A DNA stretch of 64,000 nt from positions 28,224 to 92,223 of the forward strand of contig JBQVOK010000005.1 of NCBI GenBank assembly GCA_052437175.1, given 5' to 3'. Position 1 is the stretch's first letter; each line of letters begins with the position of its first letter. Position numbers and translations under genes: made by a program. Below are positions 10,322 through 20,240 of the stretch, in pieces. The notes under the pieces were generated by a model. The model was given only the letters and a program-made list of their open reading frames with translations. It ran no database searches and had not been told where the DNA came from. The stretch is from Flavobacteriales bacterium. GTDB taxonomy: Bacteria; Bacteroidota; Bacteroidia; CAIKAF01.

Positions 10322-11158
10322 ATGAAACGTATTTGTCTGCTCAGCGTATTTTTTCCCTTGCTGCTGGCCGCCCAGACGGAGGAACCCGGTCAGCCGCCGG
10401 CGGGCGAAGAGCCGGTTGTTATTCTGCGTGAACCGGTGCCTTATGCCTCCCTGCGCGAAGCCGATGTAATGTGGCAGCGCAGGATATGGCGGGTGATCGA
10501 CCTGCGCGAAAAAATGAACCAGTACCTCTATTATCCCTTCGAAATGACGAACGGCCGCCGCAGCCTGTTCAGCATTATACAGGCCGGACTACGGGCCGGG
10601 CAGCTGCAGGCCTACGATCCGGCTTACGACGATTTTACCGTAAGAATGCCGGATGCAGACGCGTTGTCTATCGGTACCGATACGGTATATTACCAGGACT
10701 ATATGCCCGAACCGCCCTACGAAGCGGTGGAGAAAAAGCGTGTGGAGACGCTGGACCCGGCTTCCGTTAAAAAATTCCGCCTTAAGGAAGACTGGGTATT
10801 CGATAAAGCGCGCTCCGTACTGGAAGTTCGCATCATAGGCATTTGTCCCGTGCGCGAGGTGTACGATCCGCAGACGGGTGAGTTCCGCGCCGAACAGGAC
10901 ATGTACTGGATCTATTTTCCCGAATTACGCCGCCTGCTGGCCAATGTAAATATCTATAACCGCTTTAATATGGGCGCTGCGCTTACGTATGACGATGCGT
11001 TCCGGCAGCGCCTGTTCTCGGGCTTCGTATACAAGGAAGACAACGTGTACGACCGCCGGATTGCCGATTATACGGCCGGAGGCATGGAAGCCCTGCTGGA
11101 AGCGGAAGCGGTCAAAGAACATATCCGTACCTGGGAGGCCGATCTCTGGGAGCCCTGA
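10322..11158 (+). CDS. gldN: Second GldN paralog (GldO-like)
   Basis: Collinear with the upstream GldN, sharing long identical peptides (READVMWQRRIWRVIDLREKMNQY, IIGICPVREV, YKEDNVYDR), with its own signal peptide. Confidence 0.9.
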   Translation: MKRICLLSVFFPLLLAAQTEEPGQPPAGEEPVVILREPVPYASLREADVMWQRRIWRVIDLREKMNQYLYYPFEMTNGRRSLFSIIQAGLRAGQLQAYDPAYDDFTVRMPDADALSIGTDTVYYQDYMPEPPYEAVEKKRVETLDPASVKKFRLKEDWVFDKARSVLEVRIIGICPVREVYDPQTGEFRAEQDMYWIYFPELRRLLANVNIYNRFNMGAALTYDDAFRQRLFSGFVYKEDNVYDRRIADYTAGGMEALLEAEAVKEHIRTWEADLWEP

Positions 11159-11193
11159 TTTTGTATTCTCGCTTTTTTTCAATAAATTACGGT

Positions 11194-11742
11194 ATGAAAC
11201 TCTATACTACGTTTTTTGCCCTGCTGTTTGTAGCGTCTGCCTGCGCGCAGATCAACGAACACGTTTCCTTCAGCGGTTATGGTAATATAGCCCTCGGTTA
11301 TTCCTATAAGAGCGTTAAAAACATCCTGGATGACGAAGAAGCGCATGTGGATTACTATACGCAGAAAGAGAACGAATACTATATGCAGAAGGAAGGTCTG
11401 AAAGAAGACGACTTCGACGATACACCCAATGCCTATTATATTAAACCGGGCCTGGCCACCTATTCCGAAATATTTGGCGTAAAAGTGAGCAAAACCGAAG
11501 TGGTCTTCGATGTGGACGATAAAGTGGTGCAGATACTGCTGTTCATACCCAAAAATAATGAAACGAAATTTAAACTGATACAGCAGGCTGAGAACCGTTT
11601 TGGCAAGGGCGGCTGCGATCTGCTGGAAGGCAGGTTCTACTGCGCCTGGAACGATTCGGTACGTATATACGATTATGAAGAACGCGGAGACGTTACCTAC
11701 AACGAATACATTTATATACGTTTTTCGAAGGGGGATTACTGA
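11194..11742 (+). CDS. Hypothetical exported protein
   Basis: Signal peptide MKLYTTFFALLFVASACAQ; no family recognised. Confidence 0.7.
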   Translation: MKLYTTFFALLFVASACAQINEHVSFSGYGNIALGYSYKSVKNILDDEEAHVDYYTQKENEYYMQKEGLKEDDFDDTPNAYYIKPGLATYSEIFGVKVSKTEVVFDVDDKVVQILLFIPKNNETKFKLIQQAENRFGKGGCDLLEGRFYCAWNDSVRIYDYEERGDVTYNEYIYIRFSKGDY

Positions 11743-11754
11743 TATTCCTCCGAA

Positions 11755-12456
11755 CTAAGGGGCAAAAAGATAAAAGTCCCGGGTCTGCTCCAGGTACTCT
11801 TTCGTATATCCATCACGATTTCGTATATACAGTTCGCTGATGCGTGGTCCATCTGCCGCATTTTTACGGAATTCGGCACAGACGAGCTTTTTACGGCTGT
11901 CCGTTCCCGTTTTTAATATAGTTTTGCGTACCAGCTGCCATAGCTGAACGGGAAGCTGCTCAAAGGTCTGTTCGGGCAGTACGAGCGAAAGCCGCGCCTC
12001 TGCTGTGCTTATTTCATATCCTTTATGGAACAGGATACGGAAGAATTCCGGGGCGGCGTGCCGTGCGCTGCGCAGGCGTTCGTCCGGGTTCTGAAGCTGA
12101 TTGCTGAAGTATGGCGGATTACAGATAATATGGTCGAAGAGCACATCGGCCGTAAAATCGCTGAAATCACCTTCTTTGATGTGTATACGATCTTTCCAGG
12201 GAGAATGGGCTGCGTTGTGACGGGCCTCCGCAGCGGAATCCGGGTCTATTTCCAGGGCCGTGATCTGTGCCTCCGGGTTGCGTTGTGCGGCCATAAGGGC
12301 CAGGAGGCCGGTGCCGGTACCCAGGTCGAGGATCTGTTTATTTCCGCTGAAATCGGCCCAGGCGCCCAGGAATACACTGTCGCCCGTTACCTTAAAGGCG
12401 GCCAGTTCCTGGAAAATGGTAAATTCCTTAAAACGGAAGGGCTTACTCTTCTTCAT
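11755..12456 (-). CDS. yfiC: tRNA1(Val) A37 N6-methyltransferase (TrmN6/YfiC)
   Basis: FRFKEFTI, LDLGTGTGLLALMAAQR, ICNPPYF, ARH; start overlaps the rimM end. Confidence 0.9.
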   Translation of the reverse strand: MKKSKPFRFKEFTIFQELAAFKVTGDSVFLGAWADFSGNKQILDLGTGTGLLALMAAQRNPEAQITALEIDPDSAAEARHNAAHSPWKDRIHIKEGDFSDFTADVLFDHIICNPPYFSNQLQNPDERLRSARHAAPEFFRILFHKGYEISTAEARLSLVLPEQTFEQLPVQLWQLVRKTILKTGTDSRKKLVCAEFRKNAADGPRISELYIRNRDGYTKEYLEQTRDFYLFAP

Positions 12457-13003
12457 CGTCGTCCCGGTCTTCGTCGCCGGCATCGTTCAGGTACAGGTCC
12501 AGCAGGCCTTCGGGCATTTCGGTGAAAATGATACGGGCTTCGTGGTCCACCCCGCTGATGAATTCGGGCGTATAGGGAATGAGGATCTCTTTGCCGGAGC
12601 TGTGTGTAACCGACAGCACTTTCTGCATTTTGCTGCCGCCGATCTCGGCCAGCTGCCCGATGCTTCCGTGTGCGCTGTCCTGTATATCGAACCCGATCAT
12701 ACGCTCAGGGCTGTATGCATCGGCTTCGGGCATCTGGTCCAGCGGAATGTACACCTGTTTGTTCTTGAGAGCCTCGGCCTGTTCGGGCGTGGATATCCCT
12801 TCCAGTTTTACATAGGCTTTGTTACCCTTTACCGAAATTTCTTCGATGAGGTAAGGCACCAGGCTGTGATGCTGTTCAATAAATAATGCGCCGAGTTCCG
12901 CATAAGCCGATGGATCTTCTACTTTGAGCCCGATCAGGACACTGCCTTTGATCCCGTGTGGTCTTAAAACGAAACCCGGACTGAAACAATCACTCGTTTG
13001 CAT
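12443..13003 (-). CDS. rimM: 16S rRNA processing protein RimM
   Basis: GFVLRPHGIKG, EILIPY, PEGLLDLYL; directly downstream of rpsP. Confidence 0.93.
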   Translation of the reverse strand: MQTSDCFSPGFVLRPHGIKGSVLIGLKVEDPSAYAELGALFIEQHHSLVPYLIEEISVKGNKAYVKLEGISTPEQAEALKNKQVYIPLDQMPEADAYSPERMIGFDIQDSAHGSIGQLAEIGGSKMQKVLSVTHSSGKEILIPYTPEFISGVDHEARIIFTEMPEGLLDLYLNDAGDEDRDDDEEE

Positions 13004-13050
13004 ATCCGGGTTTAATGTATTTGAGGTTATTGATACTTCAAGAACCGATG

Positions 13051-13611
13051 TTATTCTGCAGCAGCTTCTGAAGATTCTTCAGAGGCAGGAGCAGCTTCTG
13101 CTTCTTCCGCAGCGGGTTCCGCTTCGGCGTTGGCAGCATTGGCGGCAGCTTCCGCTTCGGCCTGTGCAGTAGCAATGGCTGCAGCACGTTTCTCAGCAAT
13201 TTCTTTTTCATTGCTCAGGGCTTTCGCTTTGGCGTCTTCCAGTTTTTTACGGATTCCGTCCAGTTTTTTACCGGTACGTCCTTCTTTTTCTTTCATCCAG
13301 GCTTCGAATTTTGCATCGGCCTGTTCCTGTGTCAGGGCACCTTTACGTACACCTGCCAGGAGGTGGTTACGGAACATAACACCTTCAGAAGACAGCATGG
13401 CACGTACTTTATCGGTAGGCTGGGCACCATTCTGTAACCAGTACAGTGCACGCTCCGAATCCAGTACCAGTTGCTGGGTTCCGATGGGGTTGAATGACCC
13501 GATTTTTTCGATAAAGCGTCCGTCCCGCGGAGCTCTGCTGTCAGCCGCTACGATGTGGTAAAAAGGACGCGCCTTTCTTCCGTGTCTTTGTAGTCTTAAT
13601 TTTACCGGCAT
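13051..13611 (-). CDS. rpsP: 30S ribosomal protein S16 with Bacteroidota C-terminal extension
   Basis: [47 protein letters not shown]. Confidence 0.98.
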   Translation of the reverse strand: MPVKLRLQRHGRKARPFYHIVAADSRAPRDGRFIEKIGSFNPIGTQQLVLDSERALYWLQNGAQPTDKVRAMLSSEGVMFRNHLLAGVRKGALTQEQADAKFEAWMKEKEGRTGKKLDGIRKKLEDAKAKALSNEKEIAEKRAAAIATAQAEAEAAANAANAEAEPAAEEAEAAPASEESSEAAAE

Positions 13612-13641
13612 AATTATGTATTTATAAAAAATTTAGGACCG

Positions 13642-13649
13642 CAAAGATA
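13642..13649 (-). promoter_or_regulatory. -7 promoter element of the rpsP operon
   Basis: TATCTTTG on the minus strand about 30 nt upstream of the rpsP ATG. Confidence 0.65.
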
Positions 13650-13658
13650 CGAATTTTT

Positions 13659-14498
13659 TTAATCTCTGCTCATTTCCGTCTCTAATTTTATTACGCCGTC
13701 GGCCAGCAGGCGGAAATAATACACTTCGTCCTGGTAAATATCGGCATCAAAGAAAAAGTCGATGTGCTTCTGTCCGGGCGGCTCCGCCGGGTTGTTGTAC
13801 AGTTCGCGCACCACCACGTTCTGGCTGTTGAACATGGCAATATGAATGGCTTTGGTGCTCGACAGGCGAAAATCGTAATTGCCGCCGATCTTTATGCGCG
13901 GGTTCACCTGCAGGTTACGTTCGTAATCGTCCGGGGCGGGCGGGGGAGGAACGGGACGGCCGGTAATGGCCGCCAGCCGGTTTACCAGTCCGCTGCGCGT
14001 GTTCTCATTAAAGGACGTAACGTCTTCCAGCGGCTCATTGTCCGAAACGGTCCATACGGCCAGCTGCCCGGTCACGCTCTCGTACAGTTCCATATCGCGC
14101 ACCAGTTCGGCCACCTGCAGCAGTTTACCCGTGGCCTTACCGGCATATTTGTACGGGGCTTCATTAAAGGGAGAAGCGCGGTGGGCATGGATGCACATGG
14201 CCGATACGGCTACGGATTTACTTTCGCCCGGGGCCAGTTGTACCAGCATGTCGCGGTTGCTCATATAGCCCTGGTGGGTGGTGTCTCCCGGTGTAAAAAG
14301 GCTGCCGGCGGGGATATTTACTTCCAGGCTGCCGCTGCTGGTATTGCGCAGGGTAAGCAGCACGGGGTTCTGGTAATGGGCCGATTTGCTGTTGGACACA
14401 ACTTCGGCCTGAATTTTTTTCTGGGCAAGGGCAGTACCCAGTTCCACGGGCGTAGCCTGGAACCACTGGAGCAGATAAAAAAGAAGGAGCATAGGCAT
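13659..14498 (-). CDS. Hypothetical exported protein with thioester-domain-like motifs and an Ig/CTD-like C-terminus
   Basis: Hydrophobic N-terminus; MCIHAHRASP and GQLAVWTVSD motifs; PVPPPPAP linker; beta-rich C-terminal domain. Confidence 0.7.
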   Translation of the reverse strand: MPMLLLFYLLQWFQATPVELGTALAQKKIQAEVVSNSKSAHYQNPVLLTLRNTSSGSLEVNIPAGSLFTPGDTTHQGYMSNRDMLVQLAPGESKSVAVSAMCIHAHRASPFNEAPYKYAGKATGKLLQVAELVRDMELYESVTGQLAVWTVSDNEPLEDVTSFNENTRSGLVNRLAAITGRPVPPPPAPDDYERNLQVNPRIKIGGNYDFRLSSTKAIHIAMFNSQNVVVRELYNNPAEPPGQKHIDFFFDADIYQDEVYYFRLLADGVIKLETEMSRD

Positions 14499-14619
14499 AG
14501 GTGTTTATTAGTGTAACGGATTTAGTTACAGTTTGTACGTTTTTTTGTGTTTTTTAACGGGATGGCCCCGGTATGAAATTATAAACGCGGCCGGCTGCAA
14601 TAAAACCCCGTTTTTTGCG

Positions 14620-14627
14620 TAGGTTTG
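14620..14627 (+). promoter_or_regulatory. -7 promoter element upstream of the lptF/G-glycosyltransferase operon
   Basis: TAGGTTTG 10 nt before the ATG. Confidence 0.55.
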
Positions 14628-14637
14628 AGGTCGGATT

Positions 14638-16218
14638 ATGAGTGTAGTAAAACGCATACACCGCTATACGCTGAAGTCGTACCTGGGGCCGTTCATCCTC
14701 ACATTTTTCATCGCCGAGTTCGTGCTGCTGATGCAGTTTGTGTGGAAATACGTGGACGACCTGGTGGGTAAAGGTCTCGAAACTTCGGTGATCCTGGAAC
14801 TGATGTGGTACACCTCGGCCAGCCTGGTGCCCATGGCGCTGCCTATCGCTATCCTGCTCAGCAGTATCATGACCCTGGGCAGTATGGCCGAAAGCCTGGA
14901 GCTGGTGGCCATTAAATCGGCCGGCGTATCGCTGTACCGCCTCATGCGTCCCCTGATCATCTTTTCGCTTTTCACGGCCCTGGCGGCGTTCTACTTTTCG
15001 AACAATATACTACCCGTGGCCAACCTGAAAACGCGTTCCCTCATTATGGACATCCAGAAGCAGCGGCCCGCGCTGGACATACAACCCGGCGTTTTTTACA
15101 ACGGTATCCCCGACCTGGTGGTGCGGGTAGACCGTGTAGGGAAAGATAAAAAATCACTGGGCGACGTAATTATTTACGACCATTCGGATTACAGCAAAGG
15201 CAACGGCCGCGTTACCCTGGCCGAATCGGGCCGGATCGAGGTCACCTCGGACGACCGTTACCTGCTGCTGGCCCTGCACAACGGGGTTACCTACGACGAG
15301 CTGGGCTTTTTCGGCAAACGCGATCCCAACCTGCCCGAAGCCGTACAGCATTTCAAAGACCAGGTGATCCTGATCGACCTGTCGGAGTTCAAGCTATCCC
15401 GCGAGTCCGAGAACCTGTACAAGGACCATTACCAGATGATGACCATTTCGCAGCTGGACAAAGCCATGTTCGATATCCGTAACGAGGGCCGCCAGCGTTC
15501 CGAAGCCTATACGGTAAGTATGCGCAAAACCTATTTCTTCGGGCGTAAAAGTTCGTCCTCGGCCCAGAACCCCTTTGCTGCACAGGACAGCGCCAATATC
15601 CGCAGCCTGAACATGCTTACCCCGGGCCTGCCGAACAACAACATGAAGAACATGATGGAATCGCGTTACCAGGTACCGGTGGTACAGGGCGACAGTACCC
15701 GTCCGCTGATCAGTTTCGGGGAATTCGGCAAGAGCGACTGGATGGAAGAACTGAAGCCCGAAATGCAGGTACAGATGTACGACCTGGCCCTGAACGTGGC
15801 CCGCAGTAACCGTGCCCGTGCCGAAGATTATACCAACGAAATAAAATACCGTAACGAAAACCTGGCCCGGCATAAGACTGAATGGCACCGCAAATTCACC
15901 CTCTCGGTGGCCTGCGTACTGCTCTTTTTTATCGGGGCCCCGCTCGGCGCCATCATCAAACGGGGCGGCCTGGGCCTTCCGCTGGTTTCTGCCACCCTGA
16001 TCTTTATTGCCTATTACCTGCTCAGCACCATCGGCGAAAAAGCGGCAAAATCGCTTACGCTTACGCCTTTCTGGGGCATGTGGATCAGTACCCTGGTACT
16101 GTTGCCCTTTGGCGTGCTTCTGACGTACATGGCCGCGAACGATAGTAAAATACTCGAACGCGAAACCTATAAAGATCTGGGTAAGAAATTTTTATTCTGG
16201 CGGAGATGGAAAAAATAA
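14638..16218 (+). CDS. LptF/LptG family LPS export permease
   Basis: YLGPFILTFFI...DDLVGKGL, ALPIAILLSSIMTLG, ELVAIKSAGVSL, EWHRKF...FFIGAPLGAIIKRGGLG; 3+3 TM layout. Confidence 0.93.
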   Translation: MSVVKRIHRYTLKSYLGPFILTFFIAEFVLLMQFVWKYVDDLVGKGLETSVILELMWYTSASLVPMALPIAILLSSIMTLGSMAESLELVAIKSAGVSLYRLMRPLIIFSLFTALAAFYFSNNILPVANLKTRSLIMDIQKQRPALDIQPGVFYNGIPDLVVRVDRVGKDKKSLGDVIIYDHSDYSKGNGRVTLAESGRIEVTSDDRYLLLALHNGVTYDELGFFGKRDPNLPEAVQHFKDQVILIDLSEFKLSRESENLYKDHYQMMTISQLDKAMFDIRNEGRQRSEAYTVSMRKTYFFGRKSSSSAQNPFAAQDSANIRSLNMLTPGLPNNNMKNMMESRYQVPVVQGDSTRPLISFGEFGKSDWMEELKPEMQVQMYDLALNVARSNRARAEDYTNEIKYRNENLARHKTEWHRKFTLSVACVLLFFIGAPLGAIIKRGGLGLPLVSATLIFIAYYLLSTIGEKAAKSLTLTPFWGMWISTLVLLPFGVLLTYMAANDSKILERETYKDLGKKFLFWRRWKK

Positions 16219-17435
16219 AGGTACTGTTCATAGGCAATAAGGTCCCCTTCCCGGACCTGGACGGAGGTACGGCAGCTTCCCGGGCAATGATCCAGAACAT
16301 ACTGGATGCCGGGTGTACCGTACAGGCCGTTTTTTTCGATACCGAGAAACACCCCGTACGTTCCGAGGCGTTGTTCCCCGAATGGCACGATCCGGCCTTC
16401 AGCCTGGAAAAAATACGTGTGGACACGCGTGTGAACCTGCGCGATGCCCTGCTGAACCTGTTATTCAGCACCAAAAGTTATCACATTATCCGGGTGCAGA
16501 AAAGTGTTGTGCAGAAACAACTGCAGGCCATTACCGAAAAGTTCGTTCCGGATATTATTCTGCTCGACGGACTGTTTGCCCTGGCCCAGGCGCCTTTCCT
16601 GAAATCGGTGACGCGTGCGCCGCTGGTATACCGGGCGCACAACATCGAATCGGAGATCTGGTTCCGGCTGGCGGGCCACAGCCGCTTTAATCCTAAAAAA
16701 CGCTACCTGCGTATACTGGCAAAGCGTCTGCAGAAATTCGAAAAAAAGACCGCACACCTGCTCCGCGATGTATGGGCGGTTTCCGAACCTGTCGCACAGT
16801 TCTTTGCCGCGCTCAAAGTGCCGGCCCGTGTGGTGTATCCGTCGTTCCGCCTGCAATCGTATGAAGCCCCGCACGAACAGTATACCGGCCGTGGGCCCTT
16901 CCGTATGTTTCATGTAGGCGCTATGGACTGGCAGCCGAATACCGAGGCCGTGGCTTTTTTTGTAAAAGAGATATTCCCGCAGCTGCGCCGGCAGTTTCCC
17001 CTGGTAGAATTTCATGCCGGCGGGCGTCATTTTGATGTGGATGCATTCCCTGAAACGGAAGGCGTGTTCTACTATGGCGAAATTGAAGACTACCGTGCCT
17101 TTACCGCCGATAAGCATGCCCTGGTGGTACCCCTGCTTTCGGGCAGCGGCATACGCATGAAAATACCCGAGGCCTGGGCTGCCGGGATCCCGGTGCTGGC
17201 AACACCTGCTGCCATCCGGGGCATTCCTGCCGAACCCGGCGTACATTTTGGAATGTTCAGCGATACCACCGAATTGCTGACCCTGTGCCGTACTTATCTT
17301 GAATTGCCGGAGTACTGGCAGAAACTTTCGCAGAACGGCCGCCGCCAGGTGGAGGCATTGTTCTCCCACGAAGCCCTGGCAAAAAGTGTGGGCGAATACA
17401 TAGCGGATATCGTGCGCCTCGATAAAAAACAGTAG
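16206..17435 (+). CDS. Glycosyltransferase family 4
   Basis: YRAHNIESEIW, GAMDWQPN, VVPLLSGSGIRMKIPEAWAAGIPV. Confidence 0.9.
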   Translation: MEKIKVLFIGNKVPFPDLDGGTAASRAMIQNILDAGCTVQAVFFDTEKHPVRSEALFPEWHDPAFSLEKIRVDTRVNLRDALLNLLFSTKSYHIIRVQKSVVQKQLQAITEKFVPDIILLDGLFALAQAPFLKSVTRAPLVYRAHNIESEIWFRLAGHSRFNPKKRYLRILAKRLQKFEKKTAHLLRDVWAVSEPVAQFFAALKVPARVVYPSFRLQSYEAPHEQYTGRGPFRMFHVGAMDWQPNTEAVAFFVKEIFPQLRRQFPLVEFHAGGRHFDVDAFPETEGVFYYGEIEDYRAFTADKHALVVPLLSGSGIRMKIPEAWAAGIPVLATPAAIRGIPAEPGVHFGMFSDTTELLTLCRTYLELPEYWQKLSQNGRRQVEALFSHEALAKSVGEYIADIVRLDKKQ

Positions 17436-17444
17436 GTTTGCGAA

Positions 17445-18626
17445 GTGGTAAAAACGTCGCAAAAAATACTGCTGGTATTACCCCGGTTTCCTTTGCCTGC
17501 CGATAAAGGCGATAAACTCAGGGCCTGGGAACAGATACGCGTACTGGCAGAAGAGAACGACGTATACCTGTTCTGCGTGAGCGATGAACCCGTTCCGCAG
17601 GCGGAGTTTGCCGCGCTTTCGGCCCTGGTGCGCGAAGTACAGGTGGTGCAGCTTTCATCGCTGTCCGTTCTGTGGTCGGCCTGCCGTGCCCTTTTTTCCG
17701 GACTGCCTTTCCAGGTGGCGTATTACCGGAACTCTGAAGCATATACGAAATTAGAGCGCTTCGTGCAGCGCATTGACCCCGATGCCGTATTTTTTCAGCT
17801 GGTGCGTATGGCTACTTACCGCAAAGCTGCGGGCAAGCGTACTACCGTGCTCGATTTTATGGACTGTATGAGTCACAACGTGTACCTGCGCCTGCAGACG
17901 GAAGGTTTTCCCGACCGCATCTTCTGGCGCTCGGAATACAAACGTCTGCTGAGATATGAAGCCGCCGTGCAGCAGGCGTTTACCCACAGCTGCATTATTT
18001 CGGAGCGGGACCGAGATACATTGCCTTTCGCCGCGAAAGACCAGGTACAGATCGTTTCGAACGGGATCGACCTGGAACGTTTTCGTCCCTCGGAGAAAGT
18101 CCCGGAATGCGACCTGCTTTTTGTCGGGAACCTCGGCTACAAACCCAATATAGAGGCCTGTGTGTGGCTGGTGCGTGAGATATTACCTCTCCTGCATCAA
18201 AAAAACGTATATCCATCCCTGCGACTGGTGGGCAGCAATCCCGATGCCCGTGTACAGGAGCTGAGCACCGTTAAAAATGTAGAGCTGTATGCCAGTGTCC
18301 CCGATACGGTGCCCTATTACCAGTCGGCCCGCATCATGGTGGCGCCCATGCGCATCAATACCGGGCAACAGAACAAGGTGCTGGAAGCCATGGCCTGCGG
18401 ACTGCCGGTAATAACCACTTCCAATGCGAACGATGGCATCCGTGCCCCGGAAGGCTGCGTATGTGTGGGAGATACGGCAGAAGAACTGGCCGCGCACATA
18501 TTGTCTTTACTCAACGATCCTGCCCGCACGCGTGAAATGGGGCAGAGAGCCCGCCTTTTTGTGGAGGAGCATTTCAGCTGGCATACGCATACCCGCGTAT
18601 TGCAGCAATTACTTACAGGAAATTAA
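17445..18626 (+). CDS. Glycosyltransferase family 4
   Basis: RFPLPADKGDKLR, FVGNLGYKPN, TGQQNKVLEAMACGLPVITT. Confidence 0.9.
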   Translation: MVKTSQKILLVLPRFPLPADKGDKLRAWEQIRVLAEENDVYLFCVSDEPVPQAEFAALSALVREVQVVQLSSLSVLWSACRALFSGLPFQVAYYRNSEAYTKLERFVQRIDPDAVFFQLVRMATYRKAAGKRTTVLDFMDCMSHNVYLRLQTEGFPDRIFWRSEYKRLLRYEAAVQQAFTHSCIISERDRDTLPFAAKDQVQIVSNGIDLERFRPSEKVPECDLLFVGNLGYKPNIEACVWLVREILPLLHQKNVYPSLRLVGSNPDARVQELSTVKNVELYASVPDTVPYYQSARIMVAPMRINTGQQNKVLEAMACGLPVITTSNANDGIRAPEGCVCVGDTAEELAAHILSLLNDPARTREMGQRARLFVEEHFSWHTHTRVLQQLLTGN

Positions 18627-20189
18627 TCAGTCTTTCAGAATACCGGCATATACCGCTACGGCGCGTGCACAGCGATACCCGTCGATGGCCGCGGATACAA
18701 TACCGCCGGCATAACCGGCTCCTTCGGCACAGGGAAACAGTCCGGCCGTTTGTACGTGCATCAGCGTATGCGGGTCGCGCGGGATGCGCACGGGAGAACT
18801 GGTGCGGCTTTCCGGGGCTACCAGTACAGCCTCGTTCGTTACATAACCCTGCATTTTTTTACCGAAATCGCTGAAGCCTTTCTGCAGGCGCTGTGCCACG
18901 GCATTGGGCAGTACATTGCGCAGGTCGGCAGATACGATGCCCGGTGTGTAGGAACATTCGGGCAGAACCGCAGATATTTTGCCTTTGATAAAATCGGGAA
19001 TGGTCTGTGCAGGGGCAGCCTGTGTATGGCCGGCAACGGCACAGGCGGCGCTTTCTACCTGTGCACGGTAATGCAGCAGGGCCAGCGGGTCGCCGGGATA
19101 TTCCTCCCAGTCGCGGGCGTCTTCCGGTGTAATTTCGGTAACGATGCCCGAATTGGCAAAAGGATTGTTGCGTTTACTGGGGCTCCAGCCATTGGTAACG
19201 ATCATACCTTCCTGCGTAGTGCAGGGGGCTATAATACCGCCCGGACACATACAGAAGGAGTACACACCTTTGCCCTGCACCTGTGTAACCAGGCTGTAAT
19301 AGGCCGGGGGCAGAAATTCGCCGCGTTCGGCACGTTTGTACTGTATGCTGTCGATAAGGGCCTGCGGATGCTCGGCGCGCACGCCCAGTGCAAAGGCCTT
19401 GGGTTCGGTGTAAATATTGCGGGAGCGCAGCAGGCGGTAAATATCGTCGGCAGAATGCCCCGTGGCCAGGATCACCCCGATGCCGCGCAGGCTCTCGTTC
19501 TTTTCGGTCTTTACGCCCAGCAGTACCTTGTCGCTGATAATAAAGTCAGTGACCCGGGTGTCGAAGCGGATCTCACCGCCGCTGGCGAGTATAAAGGCCC
19601 GCATCGCTTCCATGATGCCCGGCAGTTTATTGGTACCGATGTGCGGACGTGCATTGACGCGTATATCGGCATCGGCGCCGAAGAAACAGAAGGTATCGAG
19701 TACTTTGCGGATATCGCCGCGTTTATCGGAACGGGTGTATAGTTTGCCGTCGCTGTAGGTGCCCGCACCGCCTTCGCCGAAGCAGTAGTTACTTTCGGGA
19801 TTTACGATGTGGCTGCGGGTAAGCTGTGCCAGGTCGCGGCGGCGTTCGCGAACAGGTTTGCCGCGTTCCAGTACAACGGGTTTCAGGCCGAGCGCAATGC
19901 ATTCCATGGCGGCAAAATACCCGGCCGGTCCGGCGCCCACGATCAGCACTTCAGGGGCATTGGCTACCTGGTTCTGTACGGGTTCATAGGTTTCCGTTTC
20001 CGGGGTTTCGCCTTCGGTATAGCAGGTAATCGCCAGCTGGTAGCGAACTTTTCCGCCGCGTGCGTCTATGCTGCGCTTCGTCACTTCGAAATGACGGAAC
20101 GCAATACCCGAACTGCGCAGCGCCTGGGCCTGGGCCGCAGGATCAAAGGCTTTTTCGGGTTCCAGCTGTATCTGTACGGTCTTTGGCAC
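18627..20189 (-). CDS. FAD-dependent oxidoreductase/dehydrogenase
   Basis: IVGAGPAG Rossmann motif, FGEGGAGTYSDGKLYTR, YSFCMCPGG, ESRTSSPVRIPR, EGAGYAGGIVSAAIDG. Confidence 0.9.
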   Translation of the reverse strand: MPKTVQIQLEPEKAFDPAAQAQALRSSGIAFRHFEVTKRSIDARGGKVRYQLAITCYTEGETPETETYEPVQNQVANAPEVLIVGAGPAGYFAAMECIALGLKPVVLERGKPVRERRRDLAQLTRSHIVNPESNYCFGEGGAGTYSDGKLYTRSDKRGDIRKVLDTFCFFGADADIRVNARPHIGTNKLPGIMEAMRAFILASGGEIRFDTRVTDFIISDKVLLGVKTEKNESLRGIGVILATGHSADDIYRLLRSRNIYTEPKAFALGVRAEHPQALIDSIQYKRAERGEFLPPAYYSLVTQVQGKGVYSFCMCPGGIIAPCTTQEGMIVTNGWSPSKRNNPFANSGIVTEITPEDARDWEEYPGDPLALLHYRAQVESAACAVAGHTQAAPAQTIPDFIKGKISAVLPECSYTPGIVSADLRNVLPNAVAQRLQKGFSDFGKKMQGYVTNEAVLVAPESRTSSPVRIPRDPHTLMHVQTAGLFPCAEGAGYAGGIVSAAIDGYRCARAVAVYAGILKD

Positions 20190-20240
20190 GGCGCAAAGGT
20201 AATTAAATCCGGCAAAGCGCCGTATACTGCGGCAGAGGCC

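Noticed and set aside
13051-13350. Long Ala/Glu-rich extension on ribosomal protein S16
   Set aside because: A normal feature of Bacteroidota S16.
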